A DNA stretch of 64,000 nt from NCBI GenBank assembly GCA_963662465.1, contig OY759599.1, positions 8,032,001 through 8,096,000 of the forward strand, in the 5' to 3' direction. The position numbers and the translations under genes are program-made. Of the stretch, positions 1-10,212 are shown piece after piece. Source of the DNA: Desulfatiglandales bacterium. GTDB taxonomy: Bacteria > Desulfobacterota > DSM-4660 > Desulfatiglandales > Desulfatiglandaceae. Under the pieces are notes generated by a model. That model saw only the letters and a list, made by a program, of their open reading frames with translations, had not been told where the DNA came from and did not search any database. Numbering within the stretch: position 1 is the first letter of the stretch; each line of letters begins with the position of its first letter.

Positions 1-1
1 C

Positions 2-1906
2 AATGGCGATTTTCAAAAAATCGTATCAGGGGTCAACCAGACTTTTGATCTTGTTGCGGACAAACTGTATCTATACGAGTCTTCTCTTGATGCTATTCCT
101 TTTCCCGTATCCGTAACGGACATGAATATGAACTGGTTGTTTTTCAATAAATCCGTAGCAACCTTGACCGGTCTGAAACGAGAGGAGTTGCTGGGCAAGC
201 CATGCAACAACTGGAATGCAGATATTTGTCAGACGGAACGGTGCGGTATTCAGATGCTTAGAAAAGGTGATCCTACGAGCTTTTTCAAGCAGCCGGGACA
301 GGATATGGATTTCAGAGTGGACACCCAGTTTATTTTGGACGGTAAGGGTGAAAAAATAGGGCATATTGAAATTATTCAGGACATTACCGCCGCCAACCGG
401 GTTAGTGAATTTCAGGATGAAGAGGTGGCTCGCCTGGCAAACAATCTTTCGGAGTTTGCCGGTGGGAACCTGGAAATTGACACCTCTGTTTCAGAGGGCA
501 ATCAGTACACCACAGAAGTCAGAAAGAACTTTCTAAAGATCAAGGATGCAGTAGACCAATCCATTGATGCGGTTCGATCTCTTGCGAGTGAGGCGGATAT
601 GCTGACCGAGGCGGCGGTAGCAGGCCGTTTGGACACCCGGGGAGATGCAAGTAAATTCGGTGGTGATTTCGGAAAGATTGTGAGCGGTGTAAACGAGACG
701 CTCGATGCGGTAATCGAACCCCTGAATGTTGCGGCGGAATATGTTGACCGTATCAGCAAGGGAGACATCCCGGAGTCCATTACCGATGAGTACAAGGGAG
801 ATTTCAACGAAATCAAGAACAACCTGAACGTACTTGTCAAAGCCATGAACGAAGTGACTGAAATCGCGGAGGAGATCGCGACGGGCAATCTGATGATCAG
901 AGTGGAAAAGCGGTCTGAAGAGGATCTGTTGATGATGGCGCTTCAGAGAATGGTTCAGGAACTCACTTCAATCGCTGTAAACGTGCAGACAGCCGCCGAT
1001 CAGGTGGCATCAGGGAGTCAGGAAATCAGCACCAGCGCTCAGGAATTGTCACAGGGCGCTACTGAGCAGTCCGCCAGTGTGGAGGAGGTTTCCAGCTCCA
1101 TGGAAGAGATGAACAGTACGGTTGCCCAGAATGCGGATAATGCCAAAGAAACCACATCAATTGCTGAAAAAGCGGCCATCGATGCTCAGGAAGGTGGAAA
1201 ATCCGTCTCTGAAACGGTTAAGGCCATGAAGAGCATTGCGGCCAAGATCGGAATTATAGAAGAAATTGCCCGTCAAACCAACATGCTGGCCCTCAATGCC
1301 GCTATTGAGGCAGCCCGTGCCGGTGAACACGGTAAGGGCTTTGCCGTGGTGGCCTCTGAGGTTCGAAAACTGGCGGAACGGAGTCAGACGGCGGCTCAGG
1401 AAATCGGCGATCTTTCCGGTTCTAGTGTTGAAGTGGCTGAAAAGGCGGGCAAGCTGATCGAAGAGATTGTGCCCGGAATTCAGAAGACGGCTGAACTGGT
1501 TCAGGAAATCAATGCATCCAGTGCGGAGCAGGCCGACGGGATTGATCAGGTGACCAAAGCGGTGGAGCAGTTGGATCAGGTCATTCAGCAAAGTGCCGGC
1601 GCCAGCGAGGAAATGGCGTCCACCAGCGAAGAGTTGACCAGTCAGGCGGACCAGCTTAGAGAGGCGGCAGCCTTTTTCAGGGTTGATGACCAGTCTTCTT
1701 CGGACTTTAGGAGGACTCGCTCGATCGGAAAACCCGTCACCAGGTCTCAGTCCCGGAAACCAATGCGTCAAAAGGCATTGCCCGGTGTTGGTAGAACCAC
1801 GGATCGTTCACGGGGCCGGTCTGGAATGTCTTCCGCGCCATTGCGAAAAAAGGGTGTGACGCTGGATATGGAAGATCCTGATGACAGGGATTTTGAGCGC
1901 TATTAG
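2..1906 (+). CDS. Methyl-accepting chemotaxis protein (PAS + poly-HAMP + MA domain), 5'-partial
   Basis: Frame open from window start ([12 protein letters not shown]...). Hairpin-tip motif [41 protein letters not shown]-terminal pentapeptide DFERY. Confidence 0.97.
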   Translation, partial: NGDFQKIVSGVNQTFDLVADKLYLYESSLDAIPFPVSVTDMNMNWLFFNKSVATLTGLKREELLGKPCNNWNADICQTERCGIQMLRKGDPTSFFKQPGQDMDFRVDTQFILDGKGEKIGHIEIIQDITAANRVSEFQDEEVARLANNLSEFAGGNLEIDTSVSEGNQYTTEVRKNFLKIKDAVDQSIDAVRSLASEADMLTEAAVAGRLDTRGDASKFGGDFGKIVSGVNETLDAVIEPLNVAAEYVDRISKGDIPESITDEYKGDFNEIKNNLNVLVKAMNEVTEIAEEIATGNLMIRVEKRSEEDLLMMALQRMVQELTSIAVNVQTAADQVASGSQEISTSAQELSQGATEQSASVEEVSSSMEEMNSTVAQNADNAKETTSIAEKAAIDAQEGGKSVSETVKAMKSIAAKIGIIEEIARQTNMLALNAAIEAARAGEHGKGFAVVASEVRKLAERSQTAAQEIGDLSGSSVEVAEKAGKLIEEIVPGIQKTAELVQEINASSAEQADGIDQVTKAVEQLDQVIQQSAGASEEMASTSEELTSQADQLREAAAFFRVDDQSSSDFRRTRSIGKPVTRSQSRKPMRQKALPGVGRTTDRSRGRSGMSSAPLRKKGVTLDMEDPDDRDFERY

Positions 1907-1987
1907 ACCGGTTCACCGGTGGATTGAAACATGAAGGATTGGACGTAAAAATGAAGTTTCGTTTCCATTGAAGCACCGGAGGATGTC

Positions 1988-2512
1988 ATGAGTTCAGAAG
2001 AATTAACAGAATCAAACCAGTATTTTACCTTCATGCTGGGCGAGGAGGATTTTGCACTGGAGATCGGCAAAGTTCGTGAAGTGGTGGATTATACCACCAT
2101 TACCAAAGTGCCTCGAATGCCGGAGTTCCTTCGAGGCGTCATTAACCTTCGGGGGAATGTGGTTCCGGTGATCGATCTTCGCCTCAAGCTGGGAATGACC
2201 GCGACGGTCAAGACAGTTGATACCTGTATTGTCATCGTGGAAATAGAGATTGATGGCGATCTTATGCAGGTGGGAGGGTTGGCGGATTCAGTGAAGGCGG
2301 TTATTGATCTGGACCCCGGTCAAATTGATCCACCACCAAAACTGGGGACCCAGTTAAGAAGCGATTTTATTCGCGGCATGGGCAAGCAGGATGAAAAATT
2401 TATTATTATTTTGGAAATTGATCGGATTTTGACCAGCGATGATTTGGATTTGGTTAAAAGCACGGGAGACAGCCCTGAGGAGATCTCAAAAGAACATGGC
2501 TCAGGGCGTTGA
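1988..2512 (+). CDS. cheW: Chemotaxis adaptor CheW
   Basis: ITKVPRMPEFLRGVINLRGNVVPVIDLR motif; GGAGG SD; directly after the MCP. Confidence 0.97.
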   Translation: MSSEELTESNQYFTFMLGEEDFALEIGKVREVVDYTTITKVPRMPEFLRGVINLRGNVVPVIDLRLKLGMTATVKTVDTCIVIVEIEIDGDLMQVGGLADSVKAVIDLDPGQIDPPPKLGTQLRSDFIRGMGKQDEKFIIILEIDRILTSDDLDLVKSTGDSPEEISKEHGSGR

Positions 2513-2638
2513 ATGTTGATGGTTCAAATCCCGCTGCACAGGGCAGTGGGATTTGGCGATTTTTTGAATAAAAAGCCTTACAAACCGGCGGGTCCGATGA
2601 TGTAATGGGTCGCATGCCTTTTTAAAGGACTGGTTTAA

Positions 2639-3544
2639 ATGAGTGGACACGGACAAGGGCTTATGCAGATGAAAAAAGACTTTTCCCCTAAAAAGGAAAT
2701 GCCTGTCGGAGGACTTTCGGACAACGAATTTCGGCGTTTCAGCGATTTCATCTATCAGCAAGCCGGCATCAACCTTCCTCGGGCCAAAAGAACCATGCTG
2801 AGTGTAAGGCTCAACAAGCGGCTGAAAGTCCTCGGTATACCAACATATCGTGAGTATTTTGATTACGTAACCAGCCGTCCGGGTCAGAAAGAAGAACTGG
2901 TTCAAATGATCAATGTGGTGTCCACCAATAAAACGAATTTTTTCCGGGAAGAAAAACACTTCAACTTTTTATCCTCGGAAGTGCTCCCGAAATTATGTTC
3001 GGGTGGCGGTGTGGCATCAGACAGAAACCTCAATGTGTGGAGTGCCGGATGTTCCAGCGGTGAAGAGCCCTATACGCTCGCCATGGTGCTGGAGGATTTC
3101 TTTGAAAAGAAAAAGGCCGGTTCCTACACCGTTTTGGCAACCGATATTTCAACCCGTGTACTGAGTATCGCGGAAAAGGCTGTTTATCCGGATGAAGTCA
3201 TCAAGCCGGTTCCACAGAAACTCAGACATAAGTATTTAATGCGCGGCAAAGGAAAACAGGCCGGTCATGTTCGGGTGGCGCCCGAATTGAGAAAACCTGT
3301 CACTTTTAAACGGCTGAACCTGATAGAGGGGCGTAATTTTGGAATGAAAAAGATGATGGATGTCATCTTTTGTCGAAACGTGATCATTTATTTTGATCGC
3401 CCAACGCAGATCAGGCTGTTTGAAAAATTTTATCACCAGTTGACTCCCGGCGGGTATCTGTTTATCGGACATTCGGAAACGTTACATGGGATCAATGACC
3501 GGTTTGTGCCTGTTTCCGTAGCGGTTTACATGAAACCCGCCTGA
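2639..3544 (+). CDS. cheR: Chemoreceptor methyltransferase CheR
   Basis: TNKTNFFRE, WSAGCSSGEEPYT, ATDIS, IFCRNVIIYF, GHSE motifs. True start may be a downstream ATG. Confidence 0.97.
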   Translation: MSGHGQGLMQMKKDFSPKKEMPVGGLSDNEFRRFSDFIYQQAGINLPRAKRTMLSVRLNKRLKVLGIPTYREYFDYVTSRPGQKEELVQMINVVSTNKTNFFREEKHFNFLSSEVLPKLCSGGGVASDRNLNVWSAGCSSGEEPYTLAMVLEDFFEKKKAGSYTVLATDISTRVLSIAEKAVYPDEVIKPVPQKLRHKYLMRGKGKQAGHVRVAPELRKPVTFKRLNLIEGRNFGMKKMMDVIFCRNVIIYFDRPTQIRLFEKFYHQLTPGGYLFIGHSETLHGINDRFVPVSVAVYMKPA

Positions 3545-3600
3545 AACCCGCGGCCCTCTATGGGAATTCCGTGTCGTATCGTGAAACCTCGGTGTGAGGT

Positions 3601-4680
3601 ATGGGGAATATGGGCAAGAAAATCAAGGTGTTGATAGTGGATGATTCTGCCGTGGTTCGCCAGAGCCTTGAGGAGATCCTTTCGTCGGATCCGGAAATTG
3701 AAGTCATGGGTACGGCGGCGGATCCATATCTGGCGGCCGGCAAGATGCGAGAGGAGGCGCCCGATGTCATCACTCTTGATGTGGAAATGCCCCGTATGGA
3801 CGGCATCACATTCTTGAAAAAAATCATGAGTCAACATCCCATGCCGGTGGTCATGTGTTCCAGCCTGACGGATGGGAACTGCGAAACAGCGCTGAAGGCC
3901 ATGCAGTATGGTGCGGTTGAAATCATTACCAAGCCTAAGCTGGGGGTTAAAAGGTTTATCGAGGAATCCCGCATAACCCTTTGTGATGCCGTTAAATCGG
4001 CTGCCCGGGCCCGTGTGAAACGGATATCCTCCAAAGAGCAACGGGTCGCGAAAAAACTGACGGCTGATGCCGTGATTGCCGCTCCTCCCGGGAAGGCCAT
4101 GACGCGTACCACGGAGCGAATCGTGGCAGTGGGCGCTTCAACGGGCGGTACGGAAGCCTTGAGTCGGTTTCTGGAAGTTCTACCCCAGGACTGCCCCGGA
4201 ATTGCCATTGTGCAGCATATGCCGGAACATTTTACCAAGGCATTTTCCGAGCGCTTGAACCGTTCCTGCCGCATTCAAATAAAAGAGGCTGTCAGCGGCG
4301 ACAGCATATTACGGGGTTGTGCGCTCATTGCTCCCGGTAATCGCCATATGCTGATTAAGAGAAGTGGCGCACGTTACTATGTGGAGGTCAGGGAGGGGCC
4401 CCTGGTCTGTCGTCATCGTCCGTCCGTGGATGTGTTGTTCCGTTCGGCGGCGAGATACGCGGGTTCAAATGCGGTGGGCGTCATCATGACCGGCATGGGA
4501 GATGACGGCGCACGGGGGATGCTGGAAATGAAACAGGCCGGCGCTTTTACCATTGCTCAGAATGAGGCCTCCTGTGTGGTGTTCGGCATGCCCAACGAGG
4601 CCATCAAGCGGGGGGGCGTGGACGAGGTGGTTGCCCTTGACATGATTCCCTCCAAGGTGTTGAAAGCATGCCGAAATTAG
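3601..4680 (+). CDS. cheB: REC-methylesterase CheB
   Basis: REC domain (VDDS, TLDVEMP) plus catalytic GASTGG, QHMP, GMGDDG. Confidence 0.98.
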   Translation: MGNMGKKIKVLIVDDSAVVRQSLEEILSSDPEIEVMGTAADPYLAAGKMREEAPDVITLDVEMPRMDGITFLKKIMSQHPMPVVMCSSLTDGNCETALKAMQYGAVEIITKPKLGVKRFIEESRITLCDAVKSAARARVKRISSKEQRVAKKLTADAVIAAPPGKAMTRTTERIVAVGASTGGTEALSRFLEVLPQDCPGIAIVQHMPEHFTKAFSERLNRSCRIQIKEAVSGDSILRGCALIAPGNRHMLIKRSGARYYVEVREGPLVCRHRPSVDVLFRSAARYAGSNAVGVIMTGMGDDGARGMLEMKQAGAFTIAQNEASCVVFGMPNEAIKRGGVDEVVALDMIPSKVLKACRN

Positions 4681-4714
4681 AGGCTATAATTCAAAAACAT
4701 GGAGTGTACTTAAC

Positions 4715-5356
4715 TTGGCGCATGTATTGCCGGCAACAGCATTAAAATCAAAAGGACATGATAAAAAATTCGAGCAAATTGAACCCGAAGTCAAAAGGAA
4801 AAGACGTCGGATACAGATTCATATCGGGGAATACCATGCCAGTGACACGCCCACCTCTATTCATACAACTTTGGGATCATGTGTGTCGGTATGTCTTTTT
4901 GATCCGGGTAACTGCGTCGGAGGAATGAATCATATTTTGATGCCGGGATCGGCGGATATGAATCGGTTCGACACGACAGCACGCTATGGCGTCAATGCCA
5001 TGGAGTTACTGATAAACCGCATCATGAGTCTGGGAGGTATTCGGTCCAGGCTTCTGGCGAAAGTGTTTGGCGGCGCTCATATCCTTCAATCCATTTCAAA
5101 ACAAAACGGTATGGGGCGAAGGAATATTGAGTTTGTTTTTAAGTTTCTTGAAATGGAGAGGATCAGAGTGGTTTCTCAAGAGGTGGGGGGACATGCCAGT
5201 CGAATCGTCTATTTCCATACGGATACGGGAAATGTTTTTTTGAAGCGAAACTATTCAACCCATTATGAAAGTATTGCCACCGAGGAAATTGCCCAATACC
5301 GTCGCATCCAAAAAGAGGCACAAAAAACAGGCGAAATTATTTACTTTGAAGCGTAA
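4715..5356 (+). CDS. cheD: Chemoreceptor glutamine deamidase CheD
   Basis: TTLGSCVSVCLFD, GGMNHILMP, AKVFGGA motifs; start uncertain. Confidence 0.93.
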   Translation: MAHVLPATALKSKGHDKKFEQIEPEVKRKRRRIQIHIGEYHASDTPTSIHTTLGSCVSVCLFDPGNCVGGMNHILMPGSADMNRFDTTARYGVNAMELLINRIMSLGGIRSRLLAKVFGGAHILQSISKQNGMGRRNIEFVFKFLEMERIRVVSQEVGGHASRIVYFHTDTGNVFLKRNYSTHYESIATEEIAQYRRIQKEAQKTGEIIYFEA

Positions 5357-5359
5357 TGT

Positions 5360-5698
5360 TTGAATAATGGTTTTAAAATGATTGATCTGTCCAAAATCGA
5401 TTGCTTTGATCTCGATGATATTCCTGAAAAGGGGGCTTTCCTGCTGGCCTGCATTCGTCGTGATCGCCAATATGAGCACTACTGCAAGATTTTGGGAGAA
5501 ATAGAGCGTCGATACGCCCATCTACTGAAGGTAGGCGCACTTGATGAAAAAGCGCTTGAAACCTATCGAAGACTGGGCATTGAAGGAACGCCCACTTTTC
5601 TCATCTTTCAGGACAGGATGGAACTCTCACGAATTTTGGGCCGAACGAATCTGGAAAGGTTGGGCTGTTTAGTTGGAGAAGCCCTTCCCGTTATCTGA
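5360..5698 (+). CDS. Thioredoxin-fold small protein lacking CxxC
   Basis: LGIEGTPTFLIF...ELSRILG resembles the thioredoxin cis-Pro loop and C-terminus; no CxxC. Confidence 0.6.
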   Translation: MNNGFKMIDLSKIDCFDLDDIPEKGAFLLACIRRDRQYEHYCKILGEIERRYAHLLKVGALDEKALETYRRLGIEGTPTFLIFQDRMELSRILGRTNLERLGCLVGEALPVI

Positions 5699-5802
5699 AC
5701 GGTTATCTGTACACCCCGATTTCAGGATCAAAGGCCGCATTGAAACAGACGGGTGGAGCAACTGGCCCAGACGCGTTTCGAAAAAGTGATGGCTAACCTC
5801 AG

Positions 5803-5955
5803 CTGGGATATGACCCGGGGTCGATTTCCAGAGACATTGATGCCTGGCTGGAACTGATTCACCTTGAAGACAGAGGTCAGCTCGAAAACGCGGTTGATCT
5901 GCACCGGACAGCGACGGAGCCTATCCGTATTGGATGCGTTTGGCCTCTTCGATAA
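5803..5955 (+). pseudogene. PAS domain remnant
   Basis: Reads LGYDPGSISRDIDAWLELIHLEDRGQLENAV, resembling the PAS_3 W..LIHPED core; no start codon. Confidence 0.55.
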
Positions 5956-6116
5956 GTAGTTAGGGGGTACATAGCGCTACCTAATATTTTGATATTTCAT
6001 GCATTGTGTGTTTTCATTTCAGAAAACATGGCTAATTCGTAAACTCACGCTAGTCATAACCCTGATAGACATTATGCCGTTACGCGTCTTTTTGGTTCGT
6101 TACAGGAGGTTACATC

Positions 6117-9100
6117 ATGAACTCTCATCAGCACAAGAAAGCCGATGCCCTGCGTGAGCGGGCCGAGAAATTGCCGGCCGAATCATCAGACGTCTTGGAT
6201 CCCATGGAACTGACCGACCTCAAGCAAATGGCCCACGAGTTGGTTGCTCACCAGGCTGAACTGGAGTTGCAGAACGAAGAACTGCGCCAAACCCAGTTGG
6301 CCTTGCGGGAAACCAGGGACCGGTTTGCGGCTCTATTTGAGTATGCTCCGGTGGGATATGTTGTGCTTGATTCATCTGGAATCATTCGCCAGGCAAATAA
6401 TACCTGGCGGGTTATGGTGAATCGTGCGGATGAGGATTTCAGGGGCTCCCCATTCGCCGATACCATTTCCCCGGAAGACGCCTCAATATTTCTGGCTCGT
6501 TTTCGCAGCTTTTTCCGTAATCCGGCGAAAAAGCAGATCGTCCTTCGTATGAAGCGAAAGGGCTCTACGCCCTTTCATGCCCAGATTGAAGCCGAGCCAA
6601 AGGCGATCAAACCACACAAGCATACCCCAACAAACGACGAGTTGATGATTATCGTCAGCGACATTACCCATCTGCGGGAAGCGCTCCTTGAGATTGAAAA
6701 TAAAAACGGTGAACTCGGGCAAATAAACGAGCGCCTTGACCATATCAATCGTGTGCTGCTGGCAATCAGAAACGTCAATCAACTCATTGTTCAGGAAAGC
6801 GACCCGAGTCGCCTGATCGACCTTGCCTGTAAGAACCTGACTGAAACCATGGGCTATTTTTGCGCCTGGATCGCATTGCTGGAAAATGATGATACCGCCG
6901 GATTAAAAATGGCAGCATCCGGATTAGGCGGTGGTTTCGAAGCAATACGGGAACGCATTATTGACGGAGAATATCCACCCTGCATGAGACGGGCACTGGA
7001 CCTCGATGAAACAGTGGTTGTGAAAAACCCGAAACTTGACTGTCCTGACTGTCCGCTTTCATCCGAATACGCAGGAAGAGCCGGCTTAATCCGTCGTCTT
7101 TCTCTTGAGGGCAAAACATACGGCATTCTGGCTGTCTCTGTCCCGGAGAATTATGCTTACAGCGAAGAGGAGCAGGGCCTTTTCAACGAGGTGTCGGGAG
7201 ATCTGGCCTTCGCTTTCCACAAGATTGAATTAGCAACACGGCTTGCCGAAAGCCAACGGCGTTATCTGGAAATCTTTGAAAGAAGCCGCGACGGATTTGT
7301 CATGGTGGATAAGGCCGGACGCATCATCGACGCCAACCGGGCCTACTGCGACATGTTGGGTTATTCCCTCGATGAGCTTCGCGCTATGCCTGATTTCTAC
7401 CGGATTACGCCCGAGCCCTGGCGCGAGTGGGAGGCGGAAAAGATATGGGAGAACAAGCTGGTAAGACACGGATACTCGGGTCTTTACGAAAAGGAATACA
7501 TCCGCAGGGATGGCAGTGTTTTTCCGGTCGAATTGCACTCTTACACGGTACGACGAAAGAATGGTGAAATTGAATATCTGTGGGGGACCGCGCGCGATGT
7601 CACCGAACGCCGACAAAGAGAAGAGCGTATCGCCCTGCTTGGACGGATGCTCGACGAAGCGCCCGCTGCCATCACGGTTCACAATAACGATGGGCGTTTT
7701 TTTTACGCCAATCATTACACGGTAAGGTTGCATGGCTATGAAGACGAAAAAGAATTCCTTGCCGTTAACCTTCATGATCTGGATGTCCCCGAAAGCGAGG
7801 CGTTGCTGGCCGAACTCTTCCGTCGGATCGCCGAGACGGGAGAAGCTCGTTTTGAGGTCGCTCATTACCGCAAGGACGGTTCGACCTTTCCCCTGGAGGT
7901 CCTGGCCAAGGCCATCGAATGGCAAGGTGAATACGCCGTCCTCAGCATCGCAGCTGACATCACCGACCGAATACAGGCGGATGAAAGACTTCGACTTGCC
8001 AAAAACCGGCTGGAACTGGCCGCCAATGCCGCCGGTTTCGGCGTGTGGGATTTGGACCTGAAACGAAACATCCTTATTTGGGATGATTGGATGTATCGCC
8101 TGTATGGCGTGGACCCAAAAGATTTCGAAGGCGCATATGAAGCCTGGCAAAAAGGTGTCCACCCGGAAGATGTGGGGCGAGCCGGCAGGGAAGTGGAACT
8201 GGCAATCGCCGGAGAAAAGGAATTCGACACCGAATTTCGTGTTGTATATCCCAGCGGGGAGATACGCCATATTAAAGCCTATGCAATGGTCTCACGTGAT
8301 GGAAGCGGTGAACCGGTTCGTATGACCGGTATCAACTTTGACATTACCGACCGTAAAAAAGCGGAAGATGCACTGAGGGAAAGCGAAATATTTCTTCGGG
8401 AAACGCAGCAGGCCGCCCGCTTAGGTGGGTGGAAAGCTAACCCACTGACCGATGAGCTAAAGTGGACAGATGGGGTTTACGATATTATCGAGGCGCATCG
8501 TAATTACTGTCCCGGCCTCGCTGAAGGCCTCAAGTATTTCTGCCCTGAGTATCTTCCTGTTATCAAAGAGAGGCTTGATGAGTGTGTGAGCGATGGTCAA
8601 TCTTTCTCAATGGAAGTAGAGATTATCACCGACAAGGGAAATAGATGTTGGGTCGAACTGCGAGGCTTTAAAAGGGAAAACAGTCATAACGAACCTGTGA
8701 TTATGGGAACAATCCAGGATATTTCTGATCGTAAACAGGCAGAAGAGGATAAGCAGAAACTCCAGGCCCAACTTCAACAGGCGCAGAAGATGGAAGCCGT
8801 CGGCACTCTCGCCGGCGGCATATCCCATGACTTCAACAACCTTCTTCAAGCCATCGACGGTTACACCGAACTTCTCTTAATGGATAGATCTGAACGCGAC
8901 TCGGACTATCAGTTCCTCAGGATCATTCAAAATGCCGGATCTCGTGCAGCCGATCTTATTCGCCAGCTTCTTTTATTCAGCCGTAAGGCTGAGTCAAATA
9001 AAAGAGCGATAGAACTTCAGCATGAGGTTGGGCAGGCAAAAGGGATGCTGGAGCGCACTATTCCTAAAATGATTGAAATTCAAATTATTACAGGAAACAG

Positions 9101-9920
9101 GATTTGGACGATCAACGCAGACTCGGTTCAGATTGAGCAAATGTTGCTGAATTTAGGGACCAACGCCGCCGACGCAATGCCCGACGGCGGAAGACTTCTT
9201 TTCGAGATTGAGAACGCAACGTTGGATGCCGACTTTGCAAAACGGCACCTGGGCGCCGAACCCGGTAGATACGTTCTCCTGTCTGTCTCAGACACGGGTC
9301 AAGGCATGGACCAGGAAACTGTTAATAAGATATTCGACCCGTTCTTCACGACCAAAGAGTTCGGAAAAGGAACCGGCCTCGGGTTGGCCTCTGTATACGG
9401 CATCGTCAAAAGCCATAGAGGATACATCACCTGCTACAGCGAGGCCGGAAAGGGCGCCACCTTCAAAATATACTTCCCCGCCATAGTTAAGCCCGAGACT
9501 GAAGAAATCGAGGAAGTTGAAGCCAAACCCATCCCAAGGGGCACCGAGACCATCTTGATTGTGGACGATGAGGAAGACATCCGAGGTTTCGCTCAGCAGG
9601 CAATTATGAAATTCGGCTACAGGGTATTGACCGCCTCAACCGGTGAGGAAGCGCTGGAACTCTATGGCGCAAAGTCCAATGAAATTGACCTTGTGGTCAT
9701 GGATCTCGGTATGCCGGGCATGGGCGGCCACAAGTGCCTTCAGGAAATGCTCAAATTTAACCGACAGGTACGGGTCATCATTGCCAGTGGATACTCCATC
9801 AATGGCCAGGTGAAGAAATCTTTGGAGGTTGGGGCCAGGGGATACGTGGGGAAACCCTACCAGTTGGCCGGCCTGCTGAATACGGTGCGTGAGGCTTTGG
9901 ACGGAGATTCCGACATATAA
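6117..9920 (+). CDS. Hybrid sensor histidine kinase (PAS-GAF-multi-PAS-HisKA-HATPase-REC)
   Basis: H-box GGISHDFNNLL, G-boxes DTGQG/GTGLGL, C-terminal REC; AGGAGG SD. Confidence 0.96.
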   Translation: MNSHQHKKADALRERAEKLPAESSDVLDPMELTDLKQMAHELVAHQAELELQNEELRQTQLALRETRDRFAALFEYAPVGYVVLDSSGIIRQANNTWRVMVNRADEDFRGSPFADTISPEDASIFLARFRSFFRNPAKKQIVLRMKRKGSTPFHAQIEAEPKAIKPHKHTPTNDELMIIVSDITHLREALLEIENKNGELGQINERLDHINRVLLAIRNVNQLIVQESDPSRLIDLACKNLTETMGYFCAWIALLENDDTAGLKMAASGLGGGFEAIRERIIDGEYPPCMRRALDLDETVVVKNPKLDCPDCPLSSEYAGRAGLIRRLSLEGKTYGILAVSVPENYAYSEEEQGLFNEVSGDLAFAFHKIELATRLAESQRRYLEIFERSRDGFVMVDKAGRIIDANRAYCDMLGYSLDELRAMPDFYRITPEPWREWEAEKIWENKLVRHGYSGLYEKEYIRRDGSVFPVELHSYTVRRKNGEIEYLWGTARDVTERRQREERIALLGRMLDEAPAAITVHNNDGRFFYANHYTVRLHGYEDEKEFLAVNLHDLDVPESEALLAELFRRIAETGEARFEVAHYRKDGSTFPLEVLAKAIEWQGEYAVLSIAADITDRIQADERLRLAKNRLELAANAAGFGVWDLDLKRNILIWDDWMYRLYGVDPKDFEGAYEAWQKGVHPEDVGRAGREVELAIAGEKEFDTEFRVVYPSGEIRHIKAYAMVSRDGSGEPVRMTGINFDITDRKKAEDALRESEIFLRETQQAARLGGWKANPLTDELKWTDGVYDIIEAHRNYCPGLAEGLKYFCPEYLPVIKERLDECVSDGQSFSMEVEIITDKGNRCWVELRGFKRENSHNEPVIMGTIQDISDRKQAEEDKQKLQAQLQQAQKMEAVGTLAGGISHDFNNLLQAIDGYTELLLMDRSERDSDYQFLRIIQNAGSRAADLIRQLLLFSRKAESNKRAIELQHEVGQAKGMLERTIPKMIEIQIITGNRIWTINADSVQIEQMLLNLGTNAADAMPDGGRLLFEIENATLDADFAKRHLGAEPGRYVLLSVSDTGQGMDQETVNKIFDPFFTTKEFGKGTGLGLASVYGIVKSHRGYITCYSEAGKGATFKIYFPAIVKPETEEIEEVEAKPIPRGTETILIVDDEEDIRGFAQQAIMKFGYRVLTASTGEEALELYGAKSNEIDLVVMDLGMPGMGGHKCLQEMLKFNRQVRVIIASGYSINGQVKKSLEVGARGYVGKPYQLAGLLNTVREALDGDSDI

Positions 9921-9956
9921 CCAGATCAGCCGAAGGCATCGCAAGGAGGACGCTAA

Positions 9957-10055
9957 ATGTCGGCAAATGCAGAGGCAAAGTCATGCCTGTTATCGACCTA
10001 AGGGTAAAATTTCGGCATGCCTCCCGTCGATTACACCGAAAAGAAGAGCATCATT
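9957..10055 (+). pseudogene. cheW remnant with internal deletion and frameshift
   Basis: AGGAGG + ATG, then RGKVMPVIDLRVKF and GMPPVDYTEKKSII in shifted frames, matching the CheW core. Confidence 0.7.
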
Positions 10056-10212
10056 GGCCCCCCGGTAGGGAGTTTTCAACCCTATGTAAAACGGCAATTT
10101 ACTGTTTTCTGGATTGCGGTATAAACTAATGTAATATGAACCCAGTGAAGTAATAGGATATGGTCTGTATTCTTAAAGTATGACCGGTACTCAACGCTCA
10201 AAGATAGAATAA

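Noticed and set aside
7230..8270. Long antisense ORFs (also 18560-19507, 38724-39539, 45078-45809 and others)
   Set aside because: Shadows of well-supported genes on the opposite strand with no recognisable motifs.
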